A stretch of DNA of 64,000 bases, taken from positions 608,001 through 672,000 of the forward strand of contig JBDHZC010000002.1 in NCBI GenBank assembly GCA_039811685.1, written 5' to 3'. The notes beneath the pieces were generated by a model, which was not told the origin of the DNA, ran no database searches, and saw only the letters and a list, made by a program, of their open reading frames with translations. This DNA comes from Armatimonadota bacterium. GTDB taxonomy: Bacteria > Armatimonadota > UBA5829 > DSUL01. The translations under genes and the position numbers were made by a program. Positions 38,683 through 48,384 of the stretch are shown piece by piece (position 1 is the first letter of the stretch; each line of letters opens with the position of its first letter).

Positions 38683-40866
38683 TCAGCCTACTGGTGTTCC
38701 GGAACCGGCTAGCTCAACCAGCTCTTTCGGTCCCCAGAGCTTGACGCCGTTGGCTCGCGCAAATGCCGTGGCCTCTGAAGAGAAACCTCCAGGCGCTGCG
38801 ACGACCGGCGTCGTGCCGGGGACCCGGTCTGGGACCACGCCACGCAACTCGCGCACCACACTAACTCCGACAGGTGAAGTCGTATTCTTACACTGGATAA
38901 TCAGCTTTGCTTCAATTTGGAGGTCATCAAGACGAACAGCTGTCAGATCAATTCCGCCGTCGTTTGACCGCGGTGTGCTTTGAACGGTAAAACCCATAGC
39001 GGTTAGGCGCTCGGCAAGCCACTGTTCAAATTGTTCGCCAGTCATCGCTGTGAAGTTCGCGGCATCTCGCTGGATATCGGTTACGGCTGAGCGAGGAGGA
39101 GCTAGTCCGAAGAGCCCGAACAGGTCTTCTTCGTTCAGCATTACGCTCAAATCAACGCTAACGTCGTCAACGATGTCGCGAAACAGTTGGCGTTTTTGCT
39201 GCAGCCTCTGCTGAATGCGCTCTTCGATTGTGTCGGTGCATATATAGCGATAGACGGTTACCGGGCAAGCTTGGCCTATCCGATGACTGCGACTGTCCGC
39301 CTGATCCTCGATCGCCGGGTTCCACCAACGGTCAAGATGGAACACATAAGAAGCGGTCTGGAGGTTCAGGCCGACTCCTCCTGCCCGAAGCGAAAGAACA
39401 AGCACCTTATGAGCTGTGTCCAGCGTGAAGGCTTCCACTGCAGCAGCTTTCTGAGACTGACTCATCGCTCCTGTGTAGGCCAGTGGGGAGTACTTAGCCA
39501 GTCGCTTCCGAACCAGCTCGACTCCAAAGGCGTCATCTGTGAACTGAGTGAAAAGGAGGGCACGATGTCCTTCTTCAACAAGAGTCTGAAGCCGTTCCTG
39601 GATGTCAAGCAGCTTGCTGGACTCGCCGGTCGTGGGGTCACAGTTGCAGATCTGCTTCAAACGGGAGATCAGCTCCAGAATATGCGTTACGGTTATCTCG
39701 GATCCCTGCTCCTTGAGACGTATTAGACCTTGGCGCTCCGCGCGCTCATAGGCCTCCCGCTGCCGTGGAAGAAGATCAATCGACAACTCACTGGTGAGCT
39801 TTGGCGGCAGATCCTTGAGGACATCCGCTTTCTTGCGCCGAAGCTGGTGAGACGGTAGCATCGCTATGGCCTGTTGCGGATAGATGACAGGGCGGGTTTC
39901 TCCGCTCTCCCAGACTAGAAACTCGAGGATAGAGGCGACATCGTCAACGCGGTTTTCGAGAGGCGTTCCTGTTAGCGCCCAACGACGGTCTCTTTGGAGT
40001 CGTTTGCATGCAACGGCTATGCCCGTATCACGGTTCTTTATACGGGATGCTTCATCAAGGACAACCACATCCCACGCCTGTCTGAATGGCACGCTCTCGG
40101 TAACCTGCATTTCGGAACGCAGTGTTTCGTAGCTTACGATCTTGACATGAGAAGGCAATCGCCACAGAGCTGCTCTGTCAGAAACTGGGCCGCCGAGGGT
40201 CACTGATCTAAGCTCAGGAGACCAAAGAGCAAGCTCTTTTCGCCACTGCGTGAGCAGGCTTGCCGGACAGACAATCAACGCGTTTGCGATTTCACGCCGT
40301 ACGAACAATACACGCAAGGCTGCAATTGTCTGAATTGTCTTGCCAAGCCCCATATCATCGGCCAACAGCAATGACTGTGAGTTGAGCAGAGCCTTTACCC
40401 CGTCCCTCTGGAACGGCAGAAGCTCTGACGGCCACTCCAAGACGCTATCTGAACCCAGAATTGACTCCAGCGGTGGTTGCAGCACGGCAGCCAAACGCTT
40501 CATCATATCCTGGTCAGATGTAGAATCAACAGCTACCGGCGGCTCTGACGGCTTCACTGGAGTCACTCCAGATTGCGGCGTGTGGGTGCGGCCGGAGACA
40601 AGATCGAACCATCCGATCTGATGGGAGCGAGCTGTCGGCCGCTCGAAATCAGGGATAGCTAGCCCGGCGACGCGGGGCTTGGAAACTGACGGAAGTGTCA
40701 GTGTCTTGACGGAAGACAGGACGAGCGCGCCTGTCGCCGAGACAATGCGGGGCTGGACCTTGGGTTCCCAATCCCGCGGAAGACCCAGGAACCGGAACCG
40801 TGGAGCTACAGAACGAGGTTGTCTACGAATCCGCCAACCTGACGGTCGAGTCTGGCCATCCGGCAT
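38683..40866 (-). CDS. SNF2-family ATPase fused to a C-terminal Mrr-like restriction endonuclease domain
   Basis: LLADDMGLGKT, LDEASRIKN, LTGTPLEN, GGVGLNL, WWNPAIEDQA..R.HRIGQ; C-terminal FEQ.LA..GF..DGGIDL..IQCKN. Confidence 0.88.
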   Translation of the reverse strand: MPDGQTRPSGWRIRRQPRSVAPRFRFLGLPRDWEPKVQPRIVSATGALVLSSVKTLTLPSVSKPRVAGLAIPDFERPTARSHQIGWFDLVSGRTHTPQSGVTPVKPSEPPVAVDSTSDQDMMKRLAAVLQPPLESILGSDSVLEWPSELLPFQRDGVKALLNSQSLLLADDMGLGKTIQTIAALRVLFVRREIANALIVCPASLLTQWRKELALWSPELRSVTLGGPVSDRAALWRLPSHVKIVSYETLRSEMQVTESVPFRQAWDVVVLDEASRIKNRDTGIAVACKRLQRDRRWALTGTPLENRVDDVASILEFLVWESGETRPVIYPQQAIAMLPSHQLRRKKADVLKDLPPKLTSELSIDLLPRQREAYERAERQGLIRLKEQGSEITVTHILELISRLKQICNCDPTTGESSKLLDIQERLQTLVEEGHRALLFTQFTDDAFGVELVRKRLAKYSPLAYTGAMSQSQKAAAVEAFTLDTAHKVLVLSLRAGGVGLNLQTASYVFHLDRWWNPAIEDQADSRSHRIGQACPVTVYRYICTDTIEERIQQRLQQKRQLFRDIVDDVSVDLSVMLNEEDLFGLFGLAPPRSAVTDIQRDAANFTAMTGEQFEQWLAERLTAMGFTVQSTPRSNDGGIDLTAVRLDDLQIEAKLIIQCKNTTSPVGVSVVRELRGVVPDRVPGTTPVVAAPGGFSSEATAFARANGVKLWGPKELVELAGSGTPVG

Positions 40867-41365
40867 CTGGATATAACTCCTCTAGACCTCTTTGAATTCT
40901 CTCGAACGGTTCTGTTAGAAAACCTCGATTCACCAGTTCTTCAGCCAGATGATGGGCTTTCATTTGGTGCGACGGGCGCTCGTTGATCCAGATCAACTCT
41001 GCTGGCTCAGCCGATGCTGAAGGTCTGGCCATTGCAAATGGGATACTTGGCGCCAGTTCTTCCCTGCAAAAACTCATATCTCCGAGATCGGGTTCACAGA
41101 GCAGAATGTCCGGCACACGTGTACAGGCCTCAAAAAGCGCATGGCATATTTCGCTGGCGCTAATATTGCGCACAGTTGCTTCAGGCCACAGAAAGCCAGC
41201 CGGCGCCGACAAACTGGCATGCACGAACTCTAGCGGCTGTCCTCTGTTGTCGACAACTAGGAGGCCTCCAAGAACTTCACGGTTATCTTTGAGAAAGATG
41301 AGCCGAACGTACGCCGCAGCACTGCCAGCAACTGAGCGTGGAGATGGCCGGTAGGGTATTCCCAC
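40823..41365 (-). CDS. Hypothetical protein (180 aa) in the candidate defence operon
   Basis: ORF starting 3 bp after the upstream stop and overlapping the SNF2 start; preceded by GAGGT. Confidence 0.65.
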   Translation of the reverse strand: MGIPYRPSPRSVAGSAAAYVRLIFLKDNREVLGGLLVVDNRGQPLEFVHASLSAPAGFLWPEATVRNISASEICHALFEACTRVPDILLCEPDLGDMSFCREELAPSIPFAMARPSASAEPAELIWINERPSHQMKAHHLAEELVNRGFLTEPFERIQRGLEELYPDAGWPDSTVRLADS

Positions 41366-41368
41366 CTC

Positions 41369-42586
41369 TCAACCGCCTGCCTCTTCACCGCTGGGAAGAT
41401 CTTCATCCGATATTTCGGTGGTGTCAAACTCAATGTTGCCCACATCTACATCCGGGTCGTGCTGGGGATAATAGCGATGCATATCCCAGAGTGTTACCCA
41501 TCTACGAATGTCCGATCTCATAGTCGTGCTTGCCGCTAGCGTTTTCAGATCAGGCAGACTGAGGCCGTAAGCCTCTTCGTAGATTGCCTTTATCCGGTAT
41601 TTCACCTGTTCCTTCTCTTCCGTCGTAGGCTCCGACAGATGAATGGGCTGTTTTAGAAACTCGATTCCACGCTGTCCTCGATTATCAGGTTCAGCATCCA
41701 GAATTCCAAGCGTACCGGAGAAATACCGCAGCTCGTCAGAAGCGCCCCCGGTTATTGTCTCTTCCACAAAGCCTCGCGTAAGCGTGAAAACTGGAATAAT
41801 TCTGGAGCCACTCTGCGCCGCAATATCAATCCACCATCCAACTTCGTCATACGCCGCAAACCGTTGTTTCCTCGAAAACTGTGCCAATCTTTCGAGCTCA
41901 TCAAACAGCACAACGATTCCATTGCACCCACACGCGTGAAGAAGTTGAGCCATCACACGGATACGATCGTGAGCGAGAAGGAAATTCCTTGGGCCCCGAA
42001 GATCGTATCCAGCGAGTTGTCCCATCTCCCTCAGCTTCTGGCGCAATACGGTGAGGATCAGCGGCTTTCCTTCGAAATCACCCAGAATTTGCATCCGGAG
42101 CTCGTCGTCGTGTGTCTCCTCGAAAACGTGCAGAAGCGCACGAAACCGGTCGTAAATGTTTGCATCGCGAGCCCAAAGCCTGAGGTCAGCAAAAGCTGAT
42201 CCGCTAGTTCTCAAGTCGGGGGACATTGCGCGAAGGGCCTTGCCGGTCCTCCCTGGCGCCCGTGCGTTCTCTGCGAGAGCTTTCAACACAACGTGAGGAT
42301 TTCCCAACGGGATTTCGGGGCTCACGGTCAGATAGCTTGTTGCGAAATTCTTCTTCTCCGCAAGTATCTGGAGATAGTTGAGGAGATGCGACTTGCCCGC
42401 GCCAAAATTGGCGTCAATCACCATTGGTTCAGCGCACTGGCCGTCTGCCACCAGATCAAGAGAGCGTTCAAAGAGTTCTGCGACATCGCTTCTAGTGATC
42501 CCAAGTCGCTCTACGGCGTGTTTGCTCGGCACTCCAGACCGAAGCGCTTCAATGGCGCTGCGAGCTATCATGACTCTGTGCTCCAT
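41369..42586 (-). CDS. P-loop ATPase, BrxD/DUF2791-like
   Basis: AIEALRSGVP N-terminus, Walker A ANFGAGKSH, Walker B VVLFDELE. Confidence 0.75.
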   Translation of the reverse strand: MEHRVMIARSAIEALRSGVPSKHAVERLGITRSDVAELFERSLDLVADGQCAEPMVIDANFGAGKSHLLNYLQILAEKKNFATSYLTVSPEIPLGNPHVVLKALAENARAPGRTGKALRAMSPDLRTSGSAFADLRLWARDANIYDRFRALLHVFEETHDDELRMQILGDFEGKPLILTVLRQKLREMGQLAGYDLRGPRNFLLAHDRIRVMAQLLHACGCNGIVVLFDELERLAQFSRKQRFAAYDEVGWWIDIAAQSGSRIIPVFTLTRGFVEETITGGASDELRYFSGTLGILDAEPDNRGQRGIEFLKQPIHLSEPTTEEKEQVKYRIKAIYEEAYGLSLPDLKTLAASTTMRSDIRRWVTLWDMHRYYPQHDPDVDVGNIEFDTTEISDEDLPSGEEAGG

Positions 42587-43690
42587 TTACTCAACCTCCA
42601 GGTGGACTAGCGCCGCTGCCGGATTCGGACGATCGCGATCTCGCACTTCCAGCCCTATTCGCGTCTGCAAAGCGTCGTAGTCCGTATAGCGGCGCGGAGA
42701 AAGCGGTTCGTAGAAAGCTGGAGAAGTCAGGACCACCAGCAACAAACCTTCAAACTGATCAATCTCGTCAATAAAGCGGCGCATCATCGAGAGCATCTGC
42801 ATGTAGGCGGCCTTTGAATAGAACAGGCGATTTTCGACAGGGGTGTGCTCTGCCATCAGACCTTCTAAGTCTTGATGCGATGCGCCGGCAGCAATGGCGC
42901 GCTTCACCTGATCAAGTATAATGCGGTCGCGCTGAGCCTTGGAAATCTTCACACTCTCATAGGGTCGAAAGTCGAGGCAGATGACGCTTCCGTTGTACCT
43001 CATCTTTCTAACCCAACGCAGAAAAGACATTAGCATGTAGCGCGCATTCGTTTGGTTAATACGTTCGTAAATCTGAAGGCGCTTTAGCGCGTTTGCTTGC
43101 CCCGTCGCCGTTTGTCCAGAAAGCCAGTGCAATAATATATCTGTGGTCGATGGCGTATAGGAATCAGGAACCAGTTGCGCACGTTGCAGCGCCAGCAGGG
43201 CAGTCCGAAATTCAATGGCCATCTCGTGATCTCGAATCTGCGGTGTTGCGAGCTCTCTCTGATATTCATTCACGAGGTCATTCGCATCCCTGCCGTTGTC
43301 GGAGGCAATGCCTTCTAAATCATCGAGAGCGCGTCCGCGAATTTCGATTCCTTTGGAAGCAAGGAATCCCTGAACCTGCTGGATTGCCAAGTCCACCCAA
43401 GGAACAGACGCAGTTATTGCGAAAAATAACTTGTCAATTCGATGCAGGTCAGGTCTCTTACCATTTGCATCGAACTCATCGGTCCTGGGCGCAACATAAT
43501 ACAAGCCCGTTTCTTCTGCCACGGCGCTAAGTTGCGCTTGTATCTTTGCAAGACACTCGTCATTTCCGCTGACGACTTTGACCGCAGATCCGCCCGCAGG
43601 CAGGTATTCGTGCAGATATTCCGCCGTGATAACATGCATCCATGCGTCTGCGCTCATCTCCTGGCGCTCAGAAGATCGAAATATTCCCAT
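42587..43690 (-). CDS. DUF2791/BrxD-like protein with degenerate NTP-binding motifs
   Basis: EYL..YLPAGGSAVKVVSG, IN..NAR.ML.SF.RW, MRRFIDEID, YDALQTRI; no GxGKS/T visible. Confidence 0.55.
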   Translation of the reverse strand: MGIFRSSERQEMSADAWMHVITAEYLHEYLPAGGSAVKVVSGNDECLAKIQAQLSAVAEETGLYYVAPRTDEFDANGKRPDLHRIDKLFFAITASVPWVDLAIQQVQGFLASKGIEIRGRALDDLEGIASDNGRDANDLVNEYQRELATPQIRDHEMAIEFRTALLALQRAQLVPDSYTPSTTDILLHWLSGQTATGQANALKRLQIYERINQTNARYMLMSFLRWVRKMRYNGSVICLDFRPYESVKISKAQRDRIILDQVKRAIAAGASHQDLEGLMAEHTPVENRLFYSKAAYMQMLSMMRRFIDEIDQFEGLLLVVLTSPAFYEPLSPRRYTDYDALQTRIGLEVRDRDRPNPAAALVHLEVE

Positions 43691-43699
43691 GGTCTTGTT

Positions 43700-44530
43700 C
43701 TACCTGAAAGTGATTCCGTAGTATCTAAGCGGTCTACCGTCTTCAGACACGACCTCAAAGATGTCAGATTCCTTCGCGCTACTGGAGGGGTACTCGAAGT
43801 CGTAACGCTTCCCAGCTTTGGTGGCGCTGATACCGGAGCGGTGTAGGGCATAAATTTCCTGTCCAAAAGCGGACTTGGGGTTATCCTTCTTGTAGCCCGG
43901 AGACAGACAAAACAGATCGTAAAGGCCCCGAAATTTGGCAAAAAACGCGCCTGAATCTTTACTAAGATATTCAACGCCCCCGTATAAAAACTCTAAGAAC
44001 TGTTGTTGGCCACCCGTATTGGCTTTGTCTCGTAGCCTTTTCAATTCTGCGGCCACGACCTTCGGACGAATAGAGCGAAATAACTTCTTGCCAATCTGAA
44101 GAATGCCGCGCGACGGCAACGCCTGCAATAGAACCGGGGACGAGATGGCCATGTTTCCCTCTAGCAGGATACGCAGACCGAACTTCTCGCCACTGGCCAA
44201 AGTCCTCAACTCGTGCTGCCACGCGCTGGAGCTGAGATACGCGTAGACGTCAAACTGCCAGGCGGCTGCCGTTTCTGATGTTCCGCCTGGCAGCGCTTGC
44301 GCGGCTTCCATTGCTTGATCGGCTGCCTTCTGCCGTGCCGCAATATCTCCCTTGGCTACAGCCTTTTTCCACGACTTCAAGGCTGACAAATACTTGCTAC
44401 CTGCCCGGATTAAAGCGTCCACTTGGGCTTCATGAGTAGCTAGAGCTTCCTCCAGAGAAGCGTCATTGTCTGGACGTCCTGGTGCTGTATTGTCGCTTGT
44501 CATGTCCAGACTAAGGTCTTGTGACTCCAT
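43700..44530 (-). CDS. Hypothetical protein (276 aa), first gene of the candidate defence operon
   Basis: Long ORF with strong RBS GAGGAGGT; 9 bp from the next gene. Confidence 0.7.
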   Translation of the reverse strand: MESQDLSLDMTSDNTAPGRPDNDASLEEALATHEAQVDALIRAGSKYLSALKSWKKAVAKGDIAARQKAADQAMEAAQALPGGTSETAAAWQFDVYAYLSSSAWQHELRTLASGEKFGLRILLEGNMAISSPVLLQALPSRGILQIGKKLFRSIRPKVVAAELKRLRDKANTGGQQQFLEFLYGGVEYLSKDSGAFFAKFRGLYDLFCLSPGYKKDNPKSAFGQEIYALHRSGISATKAGKRYDFEYPSSSAKESDIFEVVSEDGRPLRYYGITFR

Positions 44531-44608
44531 TGGCCTTACCTCCTCGCTGCCCGATTACTACTGCGAAATTGCGTCTCTTTCCTGAATCGGAGACTGCATA
44601 TTTGCTAG

Positions 44609-44688
44609 GGTCAGAGGGCGGGAATGAGGAAGTCGTTTGTGGCGTCGGCGGAGGATACGGTTAGGCGCAGGCGGCTGTGAGGCTCGGA
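44609..44688. repeat. Right copy of the 80-bp imperfect direct repeat
   Basis: 75/80 identical to 28889-28968; on the minus strand encodes ..EPHSRLRLTVSSADATNDFLIPAL-stop. Confidence 0.92.
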
Positions 44689-44889
44689 GTTTGCGTGGAG
44701 CCGAGTTTGGGGCAATGGCTTCCGACCGGCTTCAAAGAGGGTGACGGCAACAGTGCGCGCCCCGCGCACGCCTTCCGTCAACAAGCCCCGCAAGCCTGCT
44801 ACTGTGACCATCTTGAGCGAAGCTTGATTCACAAACTCGAGTACGTCCAGTTGTTCAGATGACTTACGAGGTCCCTGTTCATCCACCAT
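44611..44889 (-). other. Short ORF or gene remnant whose 3' end forms the direct repeat
   Basis: 92-aa ORF; its last ~25 codons recur with conservative changes at 28891-28968. No family recognised. Confidence 0.3.
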
Positions 44890-44970
44890 GAGGGTGTCAC
44901 GGAAGACGCCTTGCGCATGGACGCTTGGAAATCCTTGCGCGTCAAACGGGTTGCCGGAGTGTCCGCGCTT

Positions 44971-45789
44971 TCACGGGAGAGGTTTGGTCGCCCGCACGAA
45001 GCCGCTATAGAGATTGTGCGCCACCTGCGCCGCCGCATCTGCTGAGATCGTTCGGGCGGTGGAGGATTTTGAGGCCAGGAGCGCCTGAGCTTCCTCCGCA
45101 GAATAGGTGCGCACCGGCTCAATGCTCGCGCTCTCGAACCCGGCGGCATGAAGCCGGAAAATATAGTCACTTTCCACAAGCGCGCCAGAAACGCAGCCCG
45201 TCCAGAAGTCAATCTCTGAGGTTATCTCCGGAGGAAGCGGTGCCTTCGTGACAATATCTGCTATCGCGAGGCGCCCGCCGGGTTTGATCACACGGAAGCA
45301 TTCTCTAAACACGGCGTCTTTGTCGGCGGAGAGGTTGATGACACAGTTGCTGATAATGACATCAACGCTTTCGTCTGGAAGAGGGATGCTTTCGATCTCA
45401 CCCTGCAGGAACTCAACGTTCGTCGCACCAGCCCTGGCCTGATTCGCGCGCGCAAGCTCGAGCATGTCGTCTGTCATGTCAAGTCCGCAGGCTTTGCCCC
45501 GCGGCCCCACGCGCTTTGCAGACAAGAGAACGTCAACACCGCCGCCCGAGCCCAAATCCAAAACCGTTTCACCCTCTCCCAGCTCGGCAAGCGCGGTGGG
45601 GTTTCCGCATCCCAGCGAGGCCAGCAGCGCAGCCTCGGGCAGATCTCGAGACTGAGCCTGATCGTACAGCTCTATGCTGATAGGGTCCTTTTTGCCGGAA
45701 CAGCAGCGCGCTGGCTTGCCTTGCAGCACTTCCCTTGCAGCACCCGCATAGCGCTCTCGAACCGATTTTTGAGTTTGCCTGTCTTTCAC
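44971..45789 (-). CDS. arsM: Arsenite methyltransferase
   Basis: ARCCSG, SLGCGNP, VLDLGSGGG.D, ISNCVINLS.DK, WTGCVSGAL. Confidence 0.93.
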   Translation of the reverse strand: MKDRQTQKSVRERYAGAAREVLQGKPARCCSGKKDPISIELYDQAQSRDLPEAALLASLGCGNPTALAELGEGETVLDLGSGGGVDVLLSAKRVGPRGKACGLDMTDDMLELARANQARAGATNVEFLQGEIESIPLPDESVDVIISNCVINLSADKDAVFRECFRVIKPGGRLAIADIVTKAPLPPEITSEIDFWTGCVSGALVESDYIFRLHAAGFESASIEPVRTYSAEEAQALLASKSSTARTISADAAAQVAHNLYSGFVRATKPLP

Positions 45790-46151
45790 CGTACCGTCTC
45801 CACTCTTGCCGTTTGCGTTGTCTGGCGAAGAAAGCCTGCCAACTCGCCCAACACCTGCTCATCAGCAGTCACAAAGACCCATCGCCCGCGTTTTTCCAGA
45901 TGGATCAGACCCGCCGCTCGCAGCTCTTTCAGATGGTGCGACACAGTGGAGGCGGCGACCTCGAACCGGCAGCAGATGTCACCCACACAGGTTTGGGCGA
46001 CCTGACAGTCGTCGAGACTGTCGCCCTCCATCTCCACGTTGGCGCCGCAGCAGCGTATGAACTCGAATATTGCCAGTCGCGTTGGGTCTCCAAGCGCTTT
46101 GAAAGCCCGCGCGACGTCGCCAAGTTCCCGAGCTGACATTTCTATATCCAT
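45786..46151 (-). CDS. arsR: ArsR family metalloregulator (Cys-rich)
   Basis: FKALGDPTRLAI, CVGDICC, STVSHHLKELRAAGLI; overlaps the arsM start (GTGA). Confidence 0.88.
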   Translation of the reverse strand: MDIEMSARELGDVARAFKALGDPTRLAIFEFIRCCGANVEMEGDSLDDCQVAQTCVGDICCRFEVAASTVSHHLKELRAAGLIHLEKRGRWVFVTADEQVLGELAGFLRQTTQTARVETVR

Positions 46152-46200
46152 CGAAGTATTAATACCACACTTAGTTCGATATGTCTACATTCATCGAAAT
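46138..46200 (-). promoter_or_regulatory. Probable ArsR operator pair
   Basis: Two related imperfect palindromes, atttctatatccatcgaagt (46138) and atgtctacattcatcgaaat (46181). Confidence 0.55.
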
Positions 46201-46404
46201 ATTTTTCGCCGCAGTGCCAGACCTTGCCGCTACGCGTCACTCAGCCTCGACGGCCGGTAAGTGTCATGGAGCTCTGCGCCTCCCCAGCGGCCTCCGGCTA
46301 CGGACCCGGACAAGAGCGCTGCCGGGTGCGCGAGCGGCCGTGGGCATGTGGACTGACCGGGTATTCCCGCAGCGCCGCGTCTGAGGCGTCAAAGGCCGCT
46401 GCGA

Positions 46405-48384
46405 TCAAGGAGCCGCTAGCGTTTTTTCCTCTGCGGGCGGTGCGTTGGGGTCCTCAGATTTGTTTTTCTTCTGCAGGTCATCACCCATCTTCCGCATCCT
46501 CTCCCGCATTCTCTTCATCTGCGCGGCGTCTGGCAGCATGACAGCCACCTGGAAGGTGCGGGGCTTGTCGTCGGTGGTAGTGAGCACTGAGCACTCAAAG
46601 CGAACGATTGCGGGTTGCTGGGCGGGCTCGTCCGGCCAGGTTTTGTCCTTGACGATCCTTACGAAGCCGTCGGCGATCTCAACCCCTCCCAACCGCTCGA
46701 TCATAAGGTCGGCAAGGCGCTGATACTGGCCGTCATTCAGGTCGGCGAATGTCAGGCCGCGCTCACCGGACAGGGCTTTTTTCTGCTGAGGTGTCAACGC
46801 CCCGTAGAGGCGCAGGAGATCACCAGGTCCGCCCATTTCAGAACTGAGATTTCCGGCCATAAACACAAAGTCCGGGTCAGCCATGAGCGTACGGTGTATC
46901 TGGCCGTCGGACAGCTCTGCCGCCATGTCAGCAAGCTCATCCAGCGTCAGCGAGCCATTCGTCTGGATCTTGTTGCGGTAGTACTCCAGCCAGCTTTCCC
47001 GAATCTCACAGGATCGCCTCACGCTCCAGTCTTCGGGGCGCAGCGTCAGTGTGTCGCCCTTCAGATCCCACTCATATCCAGCTTTCTCAAACGCAATTAC
47101 CATCTTCGCGAGCGCCTGCTTGCCCGGCGAAATGAAGGCGCCCGGAAGCATCATCCTCAGGTAAGACTCAAGAATCACCGGACCACCCGTGGCTTTAGCC
47201 AAAAGATCGAGCGTCTTTTTTTCGTCCGAGTGGTCGACATCCAGGCTCATTTCCTGAATTCCCGGCATCTTTTTGACCTCCACCTCTTTGAGCAGCGGCC
47301 CGGCCACCGGGGGAGCGTCTTCAGTCGGCGACTTGTGCGCAAGCAGGGACTGTACAGCGCCGGAATCTCTGAAATCCTCCATCAGCTTCTTTTGAGCGTC
47401 CTGCGGGGCCACACCGTCCTCCAGCATCCACATAAGGCGGCCAAAGAGATGGCCCATCACTGTTCCTTCGCCGGTAATGGGGAGAATACCCATCGGCATT
47501 CCATCCGTCAGATCGCCAGCGCCTCCTGCGGGCCAATCGCTGGAACGTCCCATAATCATGATCATTCCGCCAAATCCCCAGCTGTGTTGCACGCCATCGG
47601 CGCTCTCCTGCAGCGGCATCACGGTGAGGCTAGAGGGTCGCATAGACTTCCATGGGTCGTGTTGCGGATTTTCGATCAGACCACGGAACATGCTTGTCTC
47701 AGTGGCCTGGCGAGCAGCTTCGCGCATCTGGACAGGCGCCTGATTCAGGTCTATGGTGGCGCGGCGGCCACGCAGAAGCAGGTCCTTCACGTCTGGATAG
47801 CTGGCAGTTATACCTTTCAGGAGCTGTGCGTACGCACGCCCGGTGGGCGTTGCGCCCAGGTACGAGAGCCACGGGTCCTTATCCCGCAGCTTGCGGGCGT
47901 CAGCCTCGGACATCGTCAGCGCCCGGTCAGAAAGCTCGAAAGCCGCCTGGCGCTGCTCACGGGTACGCTCGGCGTCCGCCGCCTTCTGAGCGGTGAGCAT
48001 TTCGGCTTCCAGATCTCGCTGGTTTTTGTCCTGCCACCAGAGGTAGGTGAACTGGCCGTCGCGCTTTCCGCGCGCAAGGCGGTAGTGGACGAGGTTGGAG
48101 ATGTTATCCAGAAGATCGCCCAGGCGCACATCCTTCGCACGTACGCTGATATGGCGCTCGCGCACCCGCCAGTCACGCTCACTGCTGCCCGCCCGGATGG
48201 AGACCCCGGACTGCTTGCTGAGCAGCTCCGCAACGTCGGAGAGCTTCGCATACGTGACGTCAAGAGACACTTTCTGGTCCAGTCGCGGATCAACGGCCTT
48301 TTCATCCGTCTGCTGGGCCAGCGCCGCTGTGGACAGCAGCAAAGCTGCAACAACTGTCAGAGCAGGTACTCGCAGATATATCAC
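46405..48384 (-). CDS. Hypothetical secreted protein with a secretin/TonB N-terminal-like first domain
   Basis: Signal peptide; DPRLDQKVSL..LSDVAELLSKQSGVSI; GTG start after GAGG. Confidence 0.65.
   Translation of the reverse strand: MIYLRVPALTVVAALLLSTAALAQQTDEKAVDPRLDQKVSLDVTYAKLSDVAELLSKQSGVSIRAGSSERDWRVRERHISVRAKDVRLGDLLDNISNLVHYRLARGKRDGQFTYLWWQDKNQRDLEAEMLTAQKAADAERTREQRQAAFELSDRALTMSEADARKLRDKDPWLSYLGATPTGRAYAQLLKGITASYPDVKDLLLRGRRATIDLNQAPVQMREAARQATETSMFRGLIENPQHDPWKSMRPSSLTVMPLQESADGVQHSWGFGGMIMIMGRSSDWPAGGAGDLTDGMPMGILPITGEGTVMGHLFGRLMWMLEDGVAPQDAQKKLMEDFRDSGAVQSLLAHKSPTEDAPPVAGPLLKEVEVKKMPGIQEMSLDVDHSDEKKTLDLLAKATGGPVILESYLRMMLPGAFISPGKQALAKMVIAFEKAGYEWDLKGDTLTLRPEDWSVRRSCEIRESWLEYYRNKIQTNGSLTLDELADMAAELSDGQIHRTLMADPDFVFMAGNLSSEMGGPGDLLRLYGALTPQQKKALSGERGLTFADLNDGQYQRLADLMIERLGGVEIADGFVRIVKDKTWPDEPAQQPAIVRFECSVLTTTDDKPRTFQVAVMLPDAAQMKRMRERMRKMGDDLQKKNKSEDPNAPPAEEKTLAAP

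Larger units (their letters stand above)
28889..44688. mobile_element. Putative integrated defence island (CRISPR-Cas I-C plus a five-gene operon) bounded by direct repeats; no integrase inside
   Basis: 80-bp direct repeats 15,720 bp apart; defence-type cargo; much of 32.5-44.6 kb looks less GC-rich than the flanks (by eye). Confidence 0.6.

Noticed and set aside
38683..44530. Calling the operon BREX or Shango
   Set aside because: No pglX, pglZ or brxC, and no TerB-like or Lhr-like gene.
28889..44688. CRISPR-associated transposon or casposon
   Set aside because: No tnsABC/tniQ, polB or terminal inverted repeats; cas3 is intact and Cas1 is ordinary I-C.
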